DNA of 64,000 nt from Neoechinorhynchus agilis (Eukaryota; Animalia; Acanthocephala), in the NCBI GenBank assembly GCA_051530055.1, contig CM121341.1:16780784-16844783 (forward strand), given 5' to 3'. Position numbers and translations under genes: made by a program. Shown one piece after another: positions 60,677 through 64,000 of this stretch (its first letter is position 1; every line of letters begins with the position of its first letter). Below the pieces are notes generated by a model, which saw nothing but the letters and a program-made list of their open reading frames with translations, made no database searches and had not been told where the DNA came from.

Positions 60677-61400
60677 AAATCAAATATGTTATGACCGGGA
60701 TTATTTTCACCAAAAGTATACTTTAATTAACCCGAAGGATTTTCTATCGATGGCAATATTTTATGATTGAGGTCAGTGAGGACATGGCTGAGGAAGGGTC
60801 ATTTTTGTTGACAGAGTGGAATGTGCGGATGTTAGAGTTGAACAATTTCATAAAATTTTGGATGTGATGATTACGTTTACCCCAGACGCGTAAATGAGGT
60901 TATTTTAAACGATGAAGTGGGGCGGAGGGAGTGATAAAGGCAAAAGAGTGGTCAGAGTTCGCGAGTTGAGGGAGTTTGCGTGGTAATTCGTCATCTATTT
61001 AAGCCTGGCGATCTTAGCTATGCTAATCTTGCTGTGCACTTCCAATAAAAAGGCTGTTTCGAAATTTGTTTAAGTTTTATTGATTATGTAAATTTGGGAT
61101 TTCGCTTATGAACAAATACTTGGACGTTGGTAGAAAAAGTAAGTATTTTCTAAGCCACTTATAATGGCTGTCCCTTGTTTAAAATGTAAATGCAGAGTTT
61201 GAACCACTCATGTATTAGATGTTTAAAAACATATAACAAACATCATGCACTTGATCGTAAACAACAAGCGTATTTATCAAAGTATTTGCCAATGTAAACT
61301 TGTGTCAGTTTGACATCATCCAAATTCCCCCTAGAAAACTAGTTAACGTCTTATAGGGTGTACTTTCCAATCACTACATCCTATCATAAAAACCCACGAA

Positions 61401-62315
61401 ATGTGCACCACTATGCTGTATGTATTCATCGCCACGATTTTTGCCCGAAATGTGATCTGCGCTGAAATGGAAACCTGCCACTACGGATCAAAAAGCTCAC
61501 TGAAATCAATGAATGCCCAACCACCATCTTTGTTATTACTGGTGCCTAACGGGGACATGAAGAGCATCCGTGTCGCTAGTATAAATGGTCCATACTTAGG
61601 CTTCGATGAATCTATCTTCAATTCATTGTTGGATATTCACCCAAAGATCATCCCGACTTGCAGTTCAGTTGAAGATTTGGATAAATCTGAAGAAATATCT
61701 GAGACCACGATGGAAGCCGATAGATCCTCTACGGATATGACAGGATTAACAGAAGTAAATACTTCAACAGACGAATCAGATGTTCAAACAAGCCCTGACA
61801 ATCAAGAATCTTCTGAATTATTAACTCAACTACTCTCTGATTTAATGATTGTTCAGGAGACATTCAACGACCAAATCCAAAAAGAAACAACAATCTCCGA
61901 AAATAGTGATGAAGAGATGGAAGATACTGACGAAGTAGAAATGACTACAAATGAAAAATTGGACGATGTCGTAGAAGTTGGAAGTCAATGCCAGGAAGCA
62001 GTCTCCAATTTCTTTGAATCAATATTCGATAGCATGAGCACATTATTTACATCGTGCATGAGTGAACTTCAGGGAATATCAAAAGCGAAAACGAGTCAAG
62101 CGTTCCTGAGAATGAAGGACGAGATTACAAGTAAACTTAGGAATAAACGAATGTGGCCCATGACATTTTCTCAAGAACAATTAGCCGAGATTAAACAATC
62201 TTTATGGTCTCTACTACCAGCCTTGACCGCGAACAACGATGAGTTATCAGAGGATTTTCGTAAACTAGCAAGTCGTCTAAGGAATACAAACAAGACTGAG
62301 CATCCTAGCGTATAG
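61401..62315 (+). CDS. Hypothetical secreted acidic Ser/Thr-rich protein, 304 aa, intronless
   Basis: Signal-like MLYVFIATIFARNVICA, acidic low-complexity middle, helical-looking C-terminus; no recognised family. Confidence 0.6.
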   Translation: MCTTMLYVFIATIFARNVICAEMETCHYGSKSSLKSMNAQPPSLLLLVPNGDMKSIRVASINGPYLGFDESIFNSLLDIHPKIIPTCSSVEDLDKSEEISETTMEADRSSTDMTGLTEVNTSTDESDVQTSPDNQESSELLTQLLSDLMIVQETFNDQIQKETTISENSDEEMEDTDEVEMTTNEKLDDVVEVGSQCQEAVSNFFESIFDSMSTLFTSCMSELQGISKAKTSQAFLRMKDEITSKLRNKRMWPMTFSQEQLAEIKQSLWSLLPALTANNDELSEDFRKLASRLRNTNKTEHPSV

Positions 62316-62570
62316 TTATAACCATTTATTAACCCTTATTTAGTCTATATTAAATTATTAACACCTATTTGAGTTTTGAAATAGAGATGGGAACAGTTAG
62401 GGCCGGATTAGGTTTGCACATCTATCCAACATGACCTTTAATTCAATCGGTAAGTTGAAAAAGAAAACAGAGCAAACAAGCAGTTTATTTTAAAATTAAA
62501 TCAAATTATTATCTTTTGTCTTAACTAAATTATCATAAAGGAATTCAACTTTCAGCTTTGTTTGTATTGT

Positions 62571-64000
62571 TTAAATTTGAAAATAAGGCAAAACTACAAG
62601 GTTGAAATTTACTCTGATTCGCGGCTCAATGCACGAACTCTTTTTCAAGCTTCCAAGAATGCGTAATTTTAGTGGAGTATTGGCATTATCCGCTCGCTTC
62701 TGATTCAAGGGGTTCATTAGATTGTTAAAAAATGATTTGAGATCCCTTCGAAGTTTACCTGAGCGAACCTTGAAGATACAGAACGATTTGGAGGGATTGA
62801 GGGATAAATTCATACGAGGTAAGACTACATTGAGGTAGTGGATGCACTGCTCAATCAAACTTTTGAGTTTGAAAGCTCTGTGCGCAGAGAATACGAAAGT
62901 TAAGTCATCCGCATAACAGGTTATAGAAACATTACGGGTTTTGAAATTTTTAACTATATACTGCGAAGCAAGTAGAAACAGGATCGGGGAAAGCGGTGAA
63001 CCTTGTGGGACACCCGTGGTCATGTAATAGGTTGATTTCGAAGCATCATCCTCGTAAAAGAAGGACTTGGTAAAAAGAATATTGTGAATTCGGGAGATCA
63101 AATTATGAGGAACGCTAAATAAATCCAGTATCTCGATAATAAAAGACAAAGATATCTTGTCGAACGCTTGAGATAGATCAACAGCCATTATGGCTTTCAA
63201 GGGTAGATTGGTGTTAGTGAAGTTATCGTAAATATTGGTTAAAGCAGAGTGTACGGATTTCCCCCTTTGAAAACCGTGGCAATTAGTCGATATGCAGCTA
63301 TTTTCTGTTATAAAGGCTCTCAAGCGAAGTGCTAAGGCTCGTTCGTAAATGGTTACAAAGGGGTTCTGTAGGGAAATTGGGCGGAGATCCTTAGGCTGAG
63401 AGACTGACTTTTTCCCATTTTTAATAAGAAAAATACGCCGAGCCACATTAATCTCTCTCCAGGCATAAGGGGAGCAGTTCAGCATTAATTCGGCCAGCCT
63501 TAGGATGCAGTCCCGGGGAAGTAAAGTAAAGATTTTGGTGCATGAGCTTGAGTTGGAGGATGCCAATTTCGGATTGTCGGACCATACTTTTAGGATGTCA
63601 CTTAATAAAATATCTACACGACCGGCAAAGACCCGTCGAAAGATTGTCACGGGTAAAGCATCCTTGACAGAGCCCTCTGAATGAAAAGAAAAAATGGCTT
63701 CCAAAATATCGTCTATAGACGTTGATTTTAACCAGCCGGAGATTTTCGATTTCCATGGTATGTATCTCTTCCTTTGAAAAGTGTGCCACCAATGTGAGGA
63801 AAAGGGTTTCAGGCTATTAAGAAGATTTGCTTTCTGTTGCATCCTCTGTCGACATTGGGCTGCCCAATAATGACTAGATAAGATTTTCGTGAGAAGTACG
63901 TCTCCAGAACGTTTGGCCAGAAAAAGTTGGCGTCCGAGAAAGCGAAGAGAGCGACTTTCGTAAGGACGAGAGAAAACCTTTACCGTTCGAAACAGGAAGG
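62571..64000 (-). mobile_element. Non-LTR retrotransposon reverse transcriptase ORF (uninterrupted, partial; frame open to the window end)
   Basis: RPISLQN, HGFQRGKS, AVDLSQAFDKI, GVPQGSPLSPILF, CYADD and LNPSKS. Manual translation finds no stop between 63842 and 64000. Confidence 0.93.

Noticed and set aside
1-64000. rRNA, tRNA, snRNA genes or prokaryotic systems
   Set aside because: None recognised; spliceosomal introns and gene content indicate a eukaryotic nuclear genome.

Overview
Eukaryotic (metazoan-like) compact-genome DNA, AT-rich, with very short introns (38-53 nt where they can be placed). A block of housekeeping genes lies between 7.8 and 27 kb: LIAS, ALG10, a long protein ending in a BAF-like domain, NTF2, MTG1, LAMTOR2, a possible LC8-like dynein light chain and NUP107. 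It is embedded in decayed retroelements: many CRE-clade (RLE) non-LTR fragments, several Penelope-like elements (PLEs), RTE and Jockey/I-like remnants, and an RT ORF running off the window end. There are two tandem arrays (378 bp x5; about 260-270 bp x13) and several foldback/MITE-like palindromes. Main points. (1) A divergent FoxO-type forkhead gene is present as four copies or fragments with a shared upstream module; two of them form the arms of a ~12 kb imperfect inverted duplication, and three sit next to the same PLE fragment. (2) At least seven intact-looking minimal hammerhead-ribozyme cores plus decayed ones are present; two lie directly behind PLE GIY-YIG ORFs, and the rest are orphans, some inside foldback palindromes. 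(3) A BAF-like domain carries a ~235-aa N-terminal extension. (4) A 56-aa secreted prepropeptide with an RKR site and a C-x6-C loop is missed by the ORF track. All homology calls are from motif recognition by eye; no searches were run, and element boundaries are approximate.
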